Assembly (NCBI GenBank): GCA_039815375.1
Contig: JBCBZJ010000007.1
Span: forward strand, 32,001-96,000
Source: Verrucomicrobiota bacterium
GTDB taxonomy: Bacteria > Verrucomicrobiota > Verrucomicrobiia > Opitutales > Coraliomargaritaceae
Reading direction: 5' to 3'
Length of the DNA stretch: 64,000 bases
Shown: positions 62,321 to 64,000 of the stretch, piece after piece
How positions within the stretch are numbered: the stretch's first letter is position 1
How the letters are laid out: each line of letters opens with the position of its first letter
Translations under genes and position numbers: made by a program
Notes under the pieces: generated by a model
The model's database searches: none
What the model saw: the letters and a program-made list of their open reading frames with translations, nothing else
Told to the model about the DNA's origin: nothing

Positions 62321-62875
62321 TTACTGAATATCCGGTAGATTCGGATCGCGTTCAACGTGTTCAGGGAAGTTCTTTATCGAACGTTCAAGAGATGCCTGAA
62401 CCCGTCCTTCAGTAAACTGAATTGCATCAAAAATATTTGGAAGCTCCTTACTCCAGAAAAGTTCACCGCTCTTTCGATCGAACATTTCTAAAATGAGATG
62501 AAAGCGTCTCGCAAAACGGTAGCTGGGATCGTCCTGCCTGTTTAATGTCTGGCGCAATGGATCGATAGAATCAACCGCATTAGGAAAAGCTGTGGCGAAC
62601 TTCCTCCACTTTACTACAACATAGAAATCACTTTCTGTTTCAGCTTCAACAAAGCCGCGATCAAGCAGAGCTTGAGTAATGACATTTTCCGAGAATTGCT
62701 CGAGCAGTCCCTTGTCACCCTCGCGAATATCCTTTCCCGAAACCAACGTATCCTCATAGGAGAAAGTGTGAAGATTGGAGAAGGTGATTGATTTTACAAA
62801 CTCGGGGTTCTTACCCCCTGTGGCACATCCTGCGAGGAAGATCACCATAATGAGAAGAACATAAGTATTTTTCAT
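62321..62875 (-). CDS. DUF4136-like lipoprotein
   Basis: Lipobox LAGC after ATG 62875; ALLDRGF..SDFYV, LEMFDRKSGELFW, IKNFP. Confidence 0.75.
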   Translation of the reverse strand: MKNTYVLLIMVIFLAGCATGGKNPEFVKSITFSNLHTFSYEDTLVSGKDIREGDKGLLEQFSENVITQALLDRGFVEAETESDFYVVVKWRKFATAFPNAVDSIDPLRQTLNRQDDPSYRFARRFHLILEMFDRKSGELFWSKELPNIFDAIQFTEGRVQASLERSIKNFPEHVERDPNLPDIQ

Positions 62876-63031
62876 TGATGATACTAATACATAAAGCTGT
62901 GAAAAATTCAAATCTTGAGCAATATGCAGGGCCAAATTCAATTCAACTATGCGTCTCACCAAACAAGAGAGGACCAGCCTCAGCGTGCTACTTTTGATTT
63001 TTCTCTTTGCCTTGGCAGGCTGGCTGATTTT

Positions 63032-64000
63032 TTAGCGGATGCTTCTCAGTGGCACGAGCTCAATCAAGGTCATCTCCGTCGGGCAATTGAATCGAATGGG
63101 AGGTAATCCATGCCTGCGGTTCGAACCAATACCGGCCGAGACATTTAGATAAGGAATACCGATGCGGCGAAAGCCACGTGCCCACTCCTTTGGAATCTCG
63201 CTGTAAATGGTCAGTGCTCCAAAAAATGGGAGCCGGACTTGCCCACCATGGGTATGGCCAGCCAAACATAGATCAATTGGCTGCTCTGACATGCCCATCG
63301 CAAAATCCGGTGAATGTCCCATCAGGATTCGAAATTCGCTATCCGCTGACGTCGACAACCAACTATCGACAGTTCGCATCGCCCACTCACTTTTTCTCGA
63401 TTGATATAGGCTCAGCCCATGGATACTGACTTTTCCAGCCTCGGTCTCGATCGTCACAGTTCGGGAAGACAGCAATTCCAACGGCCTGAGCTCGTCCTGC
63501 GGAACACCATACATCTCCAGTTCAGTGTCTCCAAAAACCCCGTAAAACCCGTATTTCGGCATCACAGATTTGAACAGTTCAACGAGTTTTGGAAGTTCGC
63601 TATCGAATGTTGCCGGTGGCACTTCCTGCAAATAGTCTCCTGTATTAAGAATCAAATCAGGATTGAGTTCATTTATTCTACCAAAGACACGGGCTTCATA
63701 ATCCGTGATCGAACCCGCCTGTATATCTGAAATGTGCAGAATACGAAGCGGCTTGATCAATTTAGGGGTTTGTAGCCGAATGCGCCTTACCACCATTCGC
63801 TCCGGCTCAATATGGGTCATATAATAACGCAGAGCAAAGAGATCCACAGTCAGGAAAATGTAGACACCTGAAAATAAGAGCAAAGTTCGGCGAGCACTCG
63901 ACCACCGGAGAGCTACTACAGCAAAGAACAGCGCAAATCCAATTAGAGTTAGCGGAAGCTGCCACAAATTGAAATCGTAGGCTCGGTGGATCAAGGCGAA
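63032..64000 (-). CDS. Membrane-anchored metallophosphoesterase (YkuE/YaeI-like), 5' end probably outside window
   Basis: ISDIQ, TGDY, GHSP, AGHTHGGQ, NCPTE; frame open to the window edge. Confidence 0.85.
   Translation of the reverse strand, partial: FALIHRAYDFNLWQLPLTLIGFALFFAVVALRWSSARRTLLLFSGVYIFLTVDLFALRYYMTHIEPERMVVRRIRLQTPKLIKPLRILHISDIQAGSITDYEARVFGRINELNPDLILNTGDYLQEVPPATFDSELPKLVELFKSVMPKYGFYGVFGDTELEMYGVPQDELRPLELLSSRTVTIETEAGKVSIHGLSLYQSRKSEWAMRTVDSWLSTSADSEFRILMGHSPDFAMGMSEQPIDLCLAGHTHGGQVRLPFFGALTIYSEIPKEWARGFRRIGIPYLNVSAGIGSNRRHGLPPIRFNCPTEMTLIELVPLRSIR

Overview
Gene-dense bacterial chromosome window with about 58 CDS and one tRNA-Val(TAC). I saw no rRNA, CRISPR array or intact mobile element. 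The gene repertoire and protein styles (SHD1-like protein, LepB with a long N-terminal extension, CobA-HemD fusion) suggest Verrucomicrobiota, class Opitutia (Coraliomargarita-like); this is an inference. The backbone is housekeeping: ribD-rdgB, truC, pheS-pheT, gatC-gatA-gatB, engB, malQ, lepA-lepB, purD, cysH, uppS-cdsA-dxr-rseP, raiA, hrpA, rpe, tRNA-Val-ilvN-ilvC-hemC-cobA/hemD-cyclophilin. There are two accessory blocks. The first (10.9-14.1 kb) holds a redoxin, a membrane protein, a radical SAM enzyme with Tes/MJ0619-like motifs and a DUF547 protein. The second (14.6-22.0 kb) holds a NitT/TauT ABC transporter, DUF1152 and an aldo-keto reductase, divergent from an adenosine-deaminase-family enzyme and a cytochrome P450, and is bordered by an IS3-like end. 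The most unusual non-coding signal is a set of short-period (6-10 bp) tandem or inverted repeats. They lie in the spacers between co-directional housekeeping genes (pheS/pheT, gatC/gatA, gatA/gatB, hemD/cyclophilin). One sits beside an in-frame 32-codon remnant of a GxxExxY nuclease gene, which suggests scars of a repeat-flanked intergenic cassette system. Also seen: a candidate leader-peptide attenuator before an EamA gene, a frameshifted ParA pseudogene, and an Rrf2/IscR-like operator before cysH.
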